A stretch of 62,957 nt of DNA, counting the filler, from Collodictyon triciliatum (taxonomy: Eukaryota), in assembly GCA_043381765.1 (NCBI GenBank). It is 4 parts of 4 records of this genome, joined end to end, with 100 filler letters (N's around TTAATTAATTAA, not from the genome) between each part and the next. Parts side by side here need not be neighbours in the genome. Positions count along the whole stretch, not along the records: positions 1 to 16,563 come from JBHJMP010000967.1; positions 16,664 to 45,743 come from JBHJMP010000968.1; 2 more parts are not named here. One strand, given 5' to 3'. Below are positions 1 through 20,997 of this stretch, one piece after another. The position numbers and the translations under genes are program-made. The stretch's first letter is position 1, and each line of letters starts with the position of its first letter. The notes below the pieces were generated by a model. It saw only the letters and a list, made by a program, of their open reading frames with translations. It had not been told where the DNA came from and did no database searches.

Positions 1-93
1 ATATAATAGAAATGAGCGACTTGCAAATTGAAAAGCTTCCATTCTTTTTATTTAGTCTTCATAATGGCATTCATCCCGTAAATATTCTTCAAC

Positions 94-9138
<9,045 letters not shown>

Positions 9139-10077
9139 GTTTTAAATATTCCTATTCCTTTGTATGTGTCGCATAAAATTGATCAAATTCGTCGGTTATA
9201 CTGCGAGTCTGATTATCAAACGAGAAAATGACGGATATCAAGCTATTCTTTTTTCATAGAAAACTATTATATGAATCATATCGATTCATATTTTTGGAAG
9301 CTTTAAAAGGTTATCATGGTATTATTGTCCCTTGCTTGCTAAAAGCTTATTATTATCAAGTTTGAATATATTTTTTTTTCATTTTACTCTTTCTAATCAA
9401 AAAAGCGGTGCATAAATACATAGATGGTTCCCTCGGCATACGGTAAATTCCGTGCATATTTCTCATTTTGATGCATAAATAAAACTTTATGATTTTGCTG
9501 TTCTTATCACTACTTGTATGTATTACTCATGCATCATTCAAACATAAATTGTTCTATTAATACTAGATAATTCACATATGAAAAAGAATTTTGATGTCTC
9601 TGAATCTATACGTGCTGAATTAGTACTTTTCTCGGTCAAGGTTGATATCTGTAAAAGCAATTCAAGATTGGGCAAATGTTTCAAAAATATGATAATTATG
9701 AACATTCTCTCAGAATACCATATTCATTATAGAAGTAGAATTATAAAACCGACGTGAATATATTACGGCGAATTAGAGTTTGAATATCAAAATACCTCAC
9801 CATCACAACTCACGTTTGCCAGATTTTATCTGCTCACCATTGATCGAATTTCTGTGCGCTTTCCACGAGTGTTAGAAAAAGACAACATATTATCATAGAA
9901 TTTGATTCTTTACAAAGTTTCTGGTCTTATTTGAAAAATAGTAATAATACCCATATAGATATGAACTTGCATTTTTTTAATCAAAACAAATATCAATCCT
10001 GACCTCATATTATTACCTTGGATTGTATGTCAAGATTGTTAGAGGGCAAGATACATAGATAATTTCGTATTTGCTCT

Positions 10078-10608
10078 CTATTTAGAGCCCTTGTGAGAGA
10101 GGCTTCTTGATTGAATGGAGGAAATGAGCTGGGATTTTAGTTCTTCCTCCCATTTAAATAGCTCAGTTTGTGAAGGTTTGCGGTGACCTTTCCCATGAAT
10201 CTGCTTTATTTTGCGTTTTTCTTGTCTCAGGAGAGAGTGAAAGGGAAGGCGAACCCTGACATGCTGATATCCAAATTATTTTTTTAATGGATTGGGAGGT
10301 TCTGATGCCAAAAACTTCACCAGCACATCATTTATCAAGACCCTTTTTTAAGCTACATAGTTAGCGACGATCGATGAGAATATTACTTGGCAGGTCTCTT
10401 CAATGTCGCCCTTGGTGAAGCCAGGGGCAATATCGCTTTAAATAGCAGCGTAATGAAGTTGGTTTCTTTAACTGCTGCGAAAAATGGTAGCCAAGTATTT
10501 CGATAGCTCTCGCCTCAGTATAGCTTCGGCATCTTTTTTGCGCAGAATAGCTACTGTGTAGCTATGAGGCTGATCGATCGCTGGATGATAGTAGTCTGAT
10601 CGTGGCAT
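10078..10608 (-). pseudogene. Possible decayed intronless ORF (about 177 codons, four in-frame TAA stops, no frameshift)
   Basis: Manual translation: MPRSDYYHPAIDQPHSYTVAILRKKDAEAILRRELSKYLATIFRSS*RNQLHYAAI*SDIAPG...SHKGSK*. No recognisable domain. Confidence 0.3.
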
Positions 10609-11294
10609 TTGACTCGTTTCAGGACTTGGACAAATTATATCTTTTCATGTTTGCGGGCGTAGTAGGCCTGGGGCAGCTCAGGCCAACCTCGAAGGCTGAC
10701 ATTTGAGGTGGGTCTTCACAGGCTCTGTGCCTGGGCGTTCTTTGATCTGAGGGTCAGTGTGTGGCTGAAGAGCATCAGTCGAGCGGAGGACTCGACTCTC
10801 GTGCGTCCAACTGTGTTTGTCTTAAGCTGGCGCTCTCGATCTTGGGTGTTGTTCCATCAAAGAAAATGATCGTGAAAATGAAAATGAATATCATATGGTG
10901 AATGGTATGGAATATCACTTTTGAGCACCCACAAGACAACCCATGGCGATCTGAGGTCTTTGTGCGCATCATTGTTCTGCAGAAGTTGGGCGGAGTTCAT
11001 TTTTAAAGCTGGTCTACTTTATCTTCTCAACCGGTGCGAGCGGATACCAGATATATCAAAAAGATAGTCCCTGCTTCAGATGACAGCTGACATGACAGGT
11101 TCTTCTGGAAAGGAACTGTTGCTTTCATTCCTCAAACCAAGGTTCACTCGTTGGGATGTTTCCCTTGGGCTTTCTGTTTTGCGCCGACCAGACAAACGCC
11201 TTTTCATTCCAAGCAAAAAAAAAAAAAAAAATACCAACACAAAGAGCCAAACTCTGCCAGCAGCTGACATCCTCGCAACCGACAGGAAACCATC

Positions 11295-11681
11295 ATGCGC
11301 AGAGAAAGTCCAGTCATTGAGGAGACCATCATTGTGCTTTCTCCGCATCCGCCCGCGTCAGCGCCTCGCTCAAACACGCCAAAGCAGCGTCGCCCAAAGA
11401 ACTCCCTTCGACCTGCGTCTACTTCCGCGCCTCCGAAAACAGCAGCACCAATCACCGGGATCCTAAGCCCTGCGCGCGATCAGCCGATTCCTCTGCTGCG
11501 ACTGCCCCACGAGACACTCCAAGAAGGCGTGTTTGTTTCCAAAAGACTTGCGTTTGAGCAGCCCGAGCCGTTCTCTGTTAATGGAGGAGATGAGGTTCGC
11601 TATGTGTTCCGATTTTATCTTACATATCAGTCTCTCTTTTTTCTTTTCTTCACTTTCCACGCGTTTGTATTTGTGACACTT

Positions 11682-11714
<33 letters not shown>

Positions 11715-14700
11715 TCGGGCTACGTTTTGCAGAGTCATACTTGAATTCATTAGTTTATGTCGGAATTATTATTTTGATAAACCAATAGACGGATCGAGCT
11801 TCAACTCTTAGTGCAATTACACAGAGAGCAAACCAACAGGTTCGGCCTTCATAACATTTGGTTGTTCTTGTTTTTTTATATTATTATTTATATTTCATCT
11901 CCAAAATCATCTAATCCTCGATTTTTTTTAATCTTTTTACATCTTTTATGCTCTCATTAGCATAAGTGAAATAGTATTATCCTTTCTCCCATTTGTTTTT
12001 TTCTTCATATTCAAGTCGCAGAAAGTTATTCAGTTCACGATTAATCATGACCTTGAAGGCCAGATATATTTTTTCATCTCTGGATTTTGTTGAGCAAAAA
12101 GAGAGACGAACGAGGGAAAGATCCGATTCTGAAATGCAGGAATCCAAAGAGGAGAAGCAGGCCGCATTCGACAAAGAAATGACTGAGATGAACAACCTTC
12201 TCGGTCAGTTTTCTGGGTCCTCTAAACTTCGATTAATCACAGTCATAAGGAATAAAAAAAAATGCCACATTGTTGTAATAGTCGACTCATCATCTCACCC
12301 ATTCTTTGTCTTTCTATTCCAGAGAAATTCAAGAAATTAGAAGCGATGACCATGCCTCCAACACCACAGGAAGTCATCGAAAAGATGGAAAATAAAGGTC
12401 TTATATCCCCCAATCACTACGAAATGTAATCTATGTAACTGGCCGAAATGCAAAATAAAACAGCTACTTTAGAAAACTAAAATGATAATTATCACACATA
12501 CAAATACACGTTTCGTGGAGGAACTATAGATGATAAGAGGATAGAGAAATGTGTTACAGATGCAAACTATTTGAAGTCGACCAAAGCGTTTGTAAGAGAA
12601 TTCTACCCTTAAATATTTGATTATGTTTACTTACAGTTTCATCCCAAGCATCACTATTTCATACTGTATGCTCTAAGGCCGACTAAATCCGTAATGACCC
12701 CATAGGAGAACAAAGCTGTTGGCAAGCTCCCTGACAAAGGTTACGAGAAGGTATTCGACAAAATAGCTCGACTGAAAGCGAATCCGCATGAGTATTTTGA
12801 GTTCACCAGAAAAATAGGTTTGTAAAAAACTAATTTTTTTATTCCTAGATTGACTGATTTACATCAATCCTTTTTTTTAAAAAAAAAATCTTGTGAATAC
12901 TAAAGACTTGTTTATATTCAGATGAAATTTTGATAAAGAAGCAAGAAAAACAATATAAGATTGACTTACATGAACAAGCTCTACCATACAGAGTTCGGTT
13001 AGAAAAGAAGGTCAGGCTTTTTTTCACGGAAAACCAATCATTTATCGATCAATAATCATATATCCTTCCCTATGTAAGGTTAGTTAGCATTAATGCCATC
13101 GGCATATATCTAAATATCAAATTTAAAGAGAAGAGAACGTGCTGAAAAAATGCAGAAGATTAGGGAAGAGGTATTTGTAGATATTTTGCCTTAAAAAACA
13201 CCAACTGAGTCACTTTTTTCTACACACATTTGGCACTGTGCCCATAAACCTTGCAATTTTAAAAGGAAGAAGAGAGAATACGAATTCAAATCGAGACAAA
13301 ACGCCGAGAAGATAGTCAGCGAAAATGGGCATGGATTGCAACCCTCGGGTGCCGACATTACATATTCTCACAAGTTTTGAAGGTGCCACTCCATCCATTC
13401 CCTTATTTTTTAGTGCTATGCTTGCTTGTTTACATATCATTTTGAGTATGGACAAGATACAACGGCAACATTTTTATTATAAGAAACCTTAAGAATACTG
13501 GAAATATGGTACAGTTTTCGCGGGATTACCGACTTCGATACGGTGTCGAAACGCAAGCGGCAGTTTTGGTGCAGCGAGCTTACAGAAAATATGCTGCTCT
13601 CAAGAAGGAGCGGAAGAAAAAATGGGCAAAGCTTGTTTTACAAAGGTTTGTATTCGTTTATTTATTTTGTCATTTTTTTTTTGATTTTTTCGATTTTTTC
13701 GAAACCATAAAATTGTCAAAATGGAAAAAAAAATTTTGTTTCCATCGACGTAATATATTTTTTTTCTTTATTTAATGTTTTATTGGGAAATATATTTGTA
13801 TGAAGTGCACTGATTCGATATGGAGAGAAAAGAAGAGAAGAGAAAAGGCACAAGGCAGTCGACCACATAGGTTATATTTATTCTTCATCTGAGATGTTCA
13901 CCACAAAACTCGATGATTAAGTGTCACCATAGGAAATTTTGAGCGTCTGTATTTGTTGGACTATGACTTTTGAATATTTTCATGGATGCTGAACCTTTTG
14001 GATTTTTCTTTCTCAACAAAACTAAGCTAATAACACGCTCCTGCCTTTCTAGTGGCATTCCTAAGGGACACAGACCAACTGAATGTTTTGGCGAAGGCAG
14101 TTCGAAAGTACAAGTTTGCAGGTTGATTCATCACGATTGTTTTATTTAAGGACTATTTATGTATCCTTTAATTTGGTGCTGTGATAAAAAAAAATTGGGC
14201 AGTATTGACGATACAGAGGTTCTGGAGAAAGTACTATCCAATATCACGGGCACAATGCGAGCTTTTGTCTCTATTTTATCAATCAGTCGAAAAGTAAAAG
14301 AAGCACCAAAAAAAAATAATTACTTTTATCGCTATGTCGTACATATATTCTCTGAATCCATAATGTAGGATTCCATGACATCTTATCTGTTTGTTTCTCC
14401 TGGTAATTCTCACGCATGTTTTTATTCTTTTCCCTATTGATACCAGTGTTTACATCCGCTCTTTTAAGGAGCAACTTAAAGAACGGTCGAAGAAACAATT
14501 AGTAAGTGTTTTGTGCATTAATATCGGCAATATGCATTAAGTATTTGCCATTGTCTTTCGCCCTTTACATTTCATAACCATTTTGTGGAAATGCACTATC
14601 TCTGCTTGTCATAATTTATTTTTTTTAAACAAACGCAGGATTATGACCGACCCATCTTTATCCGATCCAGCTCCTCTAAAAAAAGCAAATCATCCAGCTC

Positions 14701-16234
14701 GTGAGTTTTTTCTAGGTCTCAAGAATCAAAATGAAAATTACTGACATAGCATTTACGTATAAATCGACAAAATAAAAAAACTATTTGGATTACGTATCCT
14801 TCTTTTAAAATACAATATCTACCATAGAAGAGAGCACACTCATATTCCAAGAACAAGCAGGTAGCACTTTTATCTTTTCCTCCGAATTATGGGTCGAAAT
14901 GATTAAAATAATTAGGAAAATACAGTCCCTTTTTTTTCTTTTTCTTTTTTTTAAAGAATTAAGCTGGTATAGAAAAGTTCGCACTGCTCTCGTCAAAGTC
15001 ATTCTCCGCAAAAGAAAAATGCAATTTGTGAATGTAAGATAGTGTACATTTTCAAACCATAACTCTCCAAATTATTGAAGCCAGATGAAAATAAAAATGA
15101 ATATGAAGCTGCTATCTAACTTTTTTTTTTTTTTTGTTATGTAAACCGCACGCTTCCATCCATCCATCTTAGCTCGTGGCTGCCTATTCACATCAGTTCC
15201 ACGATTATTTGGTAATTTTCCATAAGGATGTGGTTGAGCTACTTGTTCGATGCGTATTTCTTCTTGACCAAATTGTTTTGCCCATTCAACAATGTCCTCC
15301 TGAAACATCTACACAAAGAAAAAACTCTCGACCGCCCGTTCGAAGGCTTTGCTGCGGGCCTCCATGTTGGGGGGCTCATTAAAGCTTGCACATGTTATTC
15401 AGGAGCCAGTAAGTAGTTCTGATTTTGATAAATAGTTATAAAAAGGGGGGAAAATAAAAGAGAAATGGAAATGCGATGAATTTTAAACAAGATCTTTCAT
15501 GTAACCATTCTACCAAAGAAGCCAATAGTTGTGGTTAGAATCAGTAACAAAGGAGATAAGATACTGAGTTCTGTGATTGAAAGAGTGCAAATCATTCGGC
15601 CTTGACTCACAAACCATTTTCACAACCCAAAGGAATCTTTGCTCCCGGCCGCCCCCATTCGCCCTATCTTCAAAGTCCTTCCAACCACCCTTGAAATATA
15701 TCCGGTTGTTGAGAAAGGCAAGCGAATATACAATGTCAGAGCAATCTATTAGTTTGTTGCCTCTTCTCTCCGCTTTCTGTTTGCCTTGCACCTCGGTTTT
15801 ACAAGGATATTCACTCCCATCTCTGACACTTCAGCCCTGCGCGATGCTTTCCAAGAATACAACCTGACCAGCATCCAACCGATCAACTTCAACGAGTTCA
15901 CGCTGCCCCAATTTCACCAAATCCAGGCAGAGTCGCAAAAATCAGATGCAGACTCCCAGGTTCGTATTCCATCAGAAGATACTAATCACAGAAAGGGAAA
16001 AAAGCTCTTGTTACCAACCCACAGGCCTTTCATTGTCTCGGCATGTCTGTTTTATCAAGTGATTTTGGGTTGAGAGAAAATTAAAATAATGGCTTCTTTT
16101 GAAGAAATAAAGGTGTATGCGCATAGAGGATATTGATGTTTCTTCTTTTTTTTTTCTTGTCTTCTTCGACACAGAACTCGTCCAGGAGAGAATCTCGCGT
16201 TTCACAGACTCACCAACCACTGACTGGGCCTTGA
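11295..16234 (+). CDS. Multi-exon hypothetical protein with an IQ calmodulin-binding-like motif and coiled-coil segments
   Basis: Series of short exons bounded by GT/AG; motif ETQAAVLVQRAYRKYAALKK; Pro/Ser-rich N-terminus. Both ends approximate. Confidence 0.45.
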
Positions 16235-16563
16235 ATTGTTGTGTGCGAGGGTTCTCCTATCCGTGTCATCATTTGCTTTTCATTCAGAAGCTATGACTTT
16301 GCTGGAAAAGCAGAGTCGGAATCAAAGAAAAAAAAAGGTGCCTGTTATTATTATGTAAATTTATAACAATAAAAATAAGAAACAAATGAAGAGGGAAATG
16401 CAAGCGCCAATGATAGTGCGAATCAGTTAATGCTGAACACGAAGGCATGATATCGAACAGCAATTCATATCATAAAAGGTGGGATAGAAATGTAAACTAC
16501 TGCTCAAACTCTACCATCCGACTTTGACACAAATATGTATTTGTGGACAACGGACAAATCCGT

Positions 16564-16663
16564 NNNNNNNNNNNNNNNNNNNNNNNNNNNNNNNNNNNNN
16601 NNNNNNNTTAATTAATTAANNNNNNNNNNNNNNNNNNNNNNNNNNNNNNNNNNNNNNNNNNNN
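16564..16663. other. Artificial contig-join linker (N44-TTAATTAATTAA-N44)
   Basis: 100-nt N spacer containing an all-frame stop 12-mer; occurs three times identically in the window. Confidence 0.97.
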
Positions 16664-16778
16664 GATATGAGGGGGTCAGTCCCACTGGCGATGTCATAGG
16701 CCTTGGGCTCATCATGCCATTTTCGACGCTTACAAACCTGCCATTTAGTGATCGAGTTGTTGGTTTCCTACCAGACAT
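16664..16778 (-). CDS. 5' fragment of an island ORF (MSGRKPTTRSLNGRFVSVENGMMSPRPMTSPVGLTPSY...), truncated by the contig end
   Basis: AAAAATG start, open to the contig edge, divergent from ORF 16810 across 31 bp. Confidence 0.5.
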
Positions 16779-16809
16779 TTTTATCTAATTAATTGCTATA
16801 TTAGAAATA

Positions 16810-17040
16810 ATGGGAAACAAACTACAAAAAGACGCATCGTTCAAACACGTGGGGGCTCAACCCAAGCCTGTAAATATGTCCAAATCACCTTTTATCACAA
16901 AGCCAAACTTTGGCTACCAAGAAGACGACTATGCACAGAAAAAATTAAACACGCCAGACAAGGTGCACGGTCATTTTATGAAACTTCGTATTGACGATCA
17001 GACCAGAGCCATGCTGCACAGAAAAAGCATTCGCAAATAA
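16810..17040 (+). CDS. Small basic hypothetical protein (76 aa), possible N-myristoylation (MGNKLQK)
   Basis: AATAATG start; stop lies 7 bp from the convergent stop of the SET-Ulp1 gene. Confidence 0.55.
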   Translation: MGNKLQKDASFKHVGAQPKPVNMSKSPFITKPNFGYQEDDYAQKKLNTPDKVHGHFMKLRIDDQTRAMLHRKSIRK

Positions 17041-17047
17041 ATAAAAA

Positions 17048-19399
17048 TTAAGCATATTCATGTTGGAAATCCCAACACTCTTCAATTTCCTGTCTTCTTT
17101 CAGCAAATGAATCGTCTGTATCTGAATCCTTACCTGTAAAGTACCCTCTACCTGCACCAATAAAAGGCAGACCCCAATAAATTTTTCTTTGTAACAAACA
17201 CCATAAAATCAATTTTCTAGCTTCAGCTGATGTTGCTTTTTTACCGTCCATTGGATAATATTTTTTTGGATCAAAATTCAACGCGGCCGAGTAAGCATTC
17301 AGCATGACGTTGACACCGCATTCTGAACAATTATTCTGTTTGTTCAAAGAAAAATGCATATCAATTATTTGATATTTGGAAACAAAACGAGCTACATCAT
17401 CGCTGTTTTGTACAGCCCTGCAAATTTCTGTATTAAAAAACTCCAATAACCTTTTCAGTGCTACGTGATTGTATTGTTTTCTGTTTTCCAAATTAACTCT
17501 TTCCATGTTGTCATAATATCTCAATTGTCCGTGCTCGTTGTCAATCACAAACAATGTCCAGTGATTGCCGTTTACATGACACGGAATAAACACCTTATCA
17601 TATTGAAATATATCTACATTTAGCGTAATATTGTGCAACATTTCAGGCTTGAAATTGCCATTGTCGTCCTGTGCCCTTGATAATAAATAATAAAATGCAG
17701 TGTTAAAAGTGTAACACATAGGATAATAATGATTAGTTTGCGATTCAGGCGAGTAACTTTTTTGACAAATTAAAATCAAAAATGCTGTAATCACATTTCC
17801 ATCAATCCATTTATGATTAACTAGCGTGTTTGCATCTTCGTATGTTAAAGCCACATTGACTCGATCATAATTGTACGTTAATACAGGTGGATCTCCTGAT
17901 CCTGCATTTTGTCTCCATAATTTCATTCTATCTTTTATATACTTATCATTTGAAGATATCCATGGAGTAATTATTGAAAATTTATCGCCCTCAGCTCGTC
18001 TATCCACAAATGTATTAATATAATTCATATGATACAATCTATTTTTCGATGTTACTGAATCTGGATCGTCTGTAATCAAATGTTTTACCTTGTCCATATT
18101 ATCAATCATCAATCCAGGGCGATATATTTCTTCCAAATACAATCTTTTTTCTTCTTCAAAATCCATGCCTCTGTCTACATGGACATCTTCATCTCCATCA
18201 TCGCCAATTTCCACTACGTCTTCGTCACTATCTGGTAAAATATTTGCGTTATTATTACTTATTTCCATCGCGTCTTCATATTCATCGCTCGATGACGTTA
18301 CTTCGTAAATTTTTGGCTTTGTTGGTTTTTTGGGCGAACTGTCAAAACTCTTTGATTTTCTTGAATGTGATGACATTGAACTGTTGTTTGATTTTGCACT
18401 TCCCAATGAATAATTCATGTTTTGATCGTCAATATAATCGTCTCTGGGGTTGTAGTGAGGCACATTGTAACCCAGTGGGAAAGGTATAGTCGCATAAGGG
18501 TCGTGATCTGAATCGTCACTAGAAGACGAGATTTCATGAATACTTTGAGTTGATGCATTTGGATTACTATTACTGTGCGATCCAATCGATGATCGCCGAG
18601 AAGGCGGATTTTGACTCATGGATCCAAACGAATCTATACTATCGTCCATCGTTAGGTCCACAGTTTGTGGCTTTTTTCGGGGCCGTCTGTCGCCTGGTCT
18701 CACGTCTGCCTGATGTTCGTATTGTCCACGTGGCATGGTGTTTTTCATTTGCTCTTTTACCGCCACTCTTGTACCAAAATTTCCGCGTTTACTTCCTTGG
18801 GGCTTAAAATCAGCCATAATTTCTACTGGTTTTTTTTTGCTGGCGTAAATATTTTTGTCTGCCACCACATAAGCTGCTTTTGGATTGTTCATTTTTGACG
18901 AAACCGCAAAATGTGCATTTTCGTGAGACCCTTTTGAATGATGTACGTATCGGCCCGCATCGGTGTCTGTTCTTCTTGCATCGATAAATTTTCCATTTGG
19001 CAATTTTGTCAAATATTTGCCTTGACCGTGATCATAACGCTGGTCTTTCTGTTCTTTAGTCAAAATCTCACCAGTAAATGGCGCAATTACTTCTCCCTCC
19101 TTGACATCTTCGGTGACATAAAGGCCTTTCGGATCGTGTCCTTGCACGTGGCTTTCTTTCACACGCAATCCGTACTGTTCACGCATATGCACCCAACAAA
19201 ATGGATAAGTTGCCACGCATTTTTGGCCACATCGTCTGCCGTCTTTATTGACGGCCTTGCAGCTGTTTCCTTTTTTTGGCTCTAGAGGCTGTCTACTGTC
19301 ATTAATGTTGGTAGCTTTTTGAGACGGGTATTGCAGATCAAACAGCGCTTTGTTGTGATGCTGTGGTCTTTTTTTTAATTTGTTATACACTGACAACAT
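17048..19399 (-). CDS. C3H Zn-finger, SET domain, disordered linker, Ulp1/SENP (peptidase C48) fusion protein
   Basis: CKAVNKDGRRCGQKCVATYPFCWVH; SET motifs KGLYVTEDVKEGEVIAPFTGEIL, IDA, GRYVHHS, EIMADF; C48 motifs WIDGNVITAFL, FNTAFY, DKVFIPCHVNGNHWTLFVID, RYYDNM, QNNCSECGV (H-D-C triad and oxyanion Q). Intronless, 783 aa. Confidence 0.85.
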   Translation of the reverse strand: MLSVYNKLKKRPQHHNKALFDLQYPSQKATNINDSRQPLEPKKGNSCKAVNKDGRRCGQKCVATYPFCWVHMREQYGLRVKESHVQGHDPKGLYVTEDVKEGEVIAPFTGEILTKEQKDQRYDHGQGKYLTKLPNGKFIDARRTDTDAGRYVHHSKGSHENAHFAVSSKMNNPKAAYVVADKNIYASKKKPVEIMADFKPQGSKRGNFGTRVAVKEQMKNTMPRGQYEHQADVRPGDRRPRKKPQTVDLTMDDSIDSFGSMSQNPPSRRSSIGSHSNSNPNASTQSIHEISSSSDDSDHDPYATIPFPLGYNVPHYNPRDDYIDDQNMNYSLGSAKSNNSSMSSHSRKSKSFDSSPKKPTKPKIYEVTSSSDEYEDAMEISNNNANILPDSDEDVVEIGDDGDEDVHVDRGMDFEEEKRLYLEEIYRPGLMIDNMDKVKHLITDDPDSVTSKNRLYHMNYINTFVDRRAEGDKFSIITPWISSNDKYIKDRMKLWRQNAGSGDPPVLTYNYDRVNVALTYEDANTLVNHKWIDGNVITAFLILICQKSYSPESQTNHYYPMCYTFNTAFYYLLSRAQDDNGNFKPEMLHNITLNVDIFQYDKVFIPCHVNGNHWTLFVIDNEHGQLRYYDNMERVNLENRKQYNHVALKRLLEFFNTEICRAVQNSDDVARFVSKYQIIDMHFSLNKQNNCSECGVNVMLNAYSAALNFDPKKYYPMDGKKATSAEARKLILWCLLQRKIYWGLPFIGAGRGYFTGKDSDTDDSFAERRQEIEECWDFQHEYA

Positions 19400-19455
19400 T
19401 TTTATTATATGTCTAGATTTTTATTTATATTGTTTGTTTATTAACTAAAATTGCA

Positions 19456-20436
19456 TTATTCAAAACCTTGCACATAAGTTCCCGGCGGCGCGGGTGGCGG
19501 TCGTGGTGCTGGTCCAAATGAACTTGGTGTTTCTAAATATACCGAATCAGCAGCTCCAAATGATCCACTTCTATTTCCTCTAGTTGCATTTGCTCTTGCT
19601 CGACTCATACTTAAATCTGTTTGGTATGGACGTAATATACTATTTTCTTTAGCCGAAATGTTTTGCACTTTCTCTTGTGAAAGTCCTCCAGTCAATATTG
19701 GTGCAGTGTTTCGTCCTTGCATCATTTCTTTGAAGGTTGTTAGATTGATATTTCCTCCTGTAAGCGCTGCGAAATTAGAATGATTCAATGGATCTGTTGC
19801 ACCAGCTAATTGCTGTGCCGGTTTGATGTAATCATCAAACAATCTGGGCGCAAACATTCCCTTGACGTATTGACGATCTCTCAACTCTTGGTCTTGTTGT
19901 GTAGGCTGCATAAAGTTTGTATTATACAAAGCTGGTTCTATGCGTCCTGTAGCTATAGCATATGCCGTCAACACATCTTCCTGGTTTCTTATGCCCATCA
20001 GATTCATCCTTGCAATTTTTTTCTGAAAATCAAGCGACTCGTCAATAGCTTTCACTCTCCGGTCAAACCATCCAGGATTAATTTCGCGCGACAATTTAAG
20101 TTGCGCTGGGTCACGGTGATCAAAAATCGTGGCATACCAGGCATCAAAATTGCGCATTTCCTGTTGTTTTGCCTTATCATACAAATAATCAACTGTTCCC
20201 TCGTCAAGATTTCTCTGACCCCATGTATCTTGATCCAAAGATAACTTTAACGCCATTTTCGATTCTTTGTCAATGTCGCGATTGTCTTCGAATTTCGCCG
20301 GATAATACGCATCCTGAGCTCTCAACTGTACAGTTTCTAGTTCATTTGGATCAATATGGCCAAGAGTCTGGACGGGTGCGGACCCTTCCACCTCTTTTCG
20401 GCTCATTTGACTTCCCAAAGATTTATGCGAATTCAT
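19456..20436 (-). CDS. Hypothetical island protein (about 326 aa, helical core)
   Basis: Long intronless ORF; first ATG at 20436 (MNSHKSLG) in an AATAATAATG context. Confidence 0.75.
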   Translation of the reverse strand: MNSHKSLGSQMSRKEVEGSAPVQTLGHIDPNELETVQLRAQDAYYPAKFEDNRDIDKESKMALKLSLDQDTWGQRNLDEGTVDYLYDKAKQQEMRNFDAWYATIFDHRDPAQLKLSREINPGWFDRRVKAIDESLDFQKKIARMNLMGIRNQEDVLTAYAIATGRIEPALYNTNFMQPTQQDQELRDRQYVKGMFAPRLFDDYIKPAQQLAGATDPLNHSNFAALTGGNINLTTFKEMMQGRNTAPILTGGLSQEKVQNISAKENSILRPYQTDLSMSRARANATRGNRSGSFGAADSVYLETPSSFGPAPRPPPAPPGTYVQGFE

Positions 20437-20512
20437 TATTATTAGCTTAATTAACAAAAAATTAGAAATTTTATGCTATACCCCGTTGGCACTGGCCCTC
20501 CTGTCCGCTCCA

Positions 20513-20555
20513 CCCTAACCCTCGCCGAGCCCTAGCCCTCAAACCCTACCCTAAC
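20513..20555. repeat. Degenerate telomere-like (CCCTAA) tract
   Basis: CCCTAA CCCTCG CCGAG CCCTAG CCCTCAAA CCCTA CCCTAA. Confidence 0.6.
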
Positions 20556-20997
20556 GGCTATTTGCCTCGGCCCTCACATTCATACTATTTTGAGTGCCCC
20601 TAAATAACAAAGATAGCTCATACACTAACCAAACAGTGCCCATAGTGAGCTCGCCAGCAATACCAGCGCCTCCCTTATTTATTGGCACACCGAAGGAATG
20701 ATTGTAGGGCACAAGAAAGTTGTAATCGTCCTCCGTTCAAATGTCTAACCCTCACGCAATCGAATGCGATTTCATGCAAAATGTATTCGACAAGCAACAC
20801 CACAGACTCGAAATGTTGTCGCACAGGGCTCTTGGTTCAAAGTAACACGCATCCAAAAGGAAGCTCTCTTGAAACGAGCTTTTAGATCTCTTTTGAGTAC
20901 AAGCTCATCGATCACAAAAAAATCTTATTCGCACAGAAGGAAATCTGATTATTGCGCCATCATAGAAAGCAGACTAGACACGAGCACAGCTAAGATA

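Noticed and set aside
16564-16663. TTAATTAATTAA palindrome inside N runs (also 45744-45843 and 53281-53380) as a biological element, and gene adjacency across it
   Set aside because: Identical 100-nt artificial joiner; sequences on either side are not necessarily neighbours.
17048-17900. Protease as a Polinton/adenoviral maturation protease proving a Polinton
   Set aside because: Motifs fit Ulp1/SENP (C48) better, and no pPolB, integrase, ATPase or capsid is visible, so the element class is left open.
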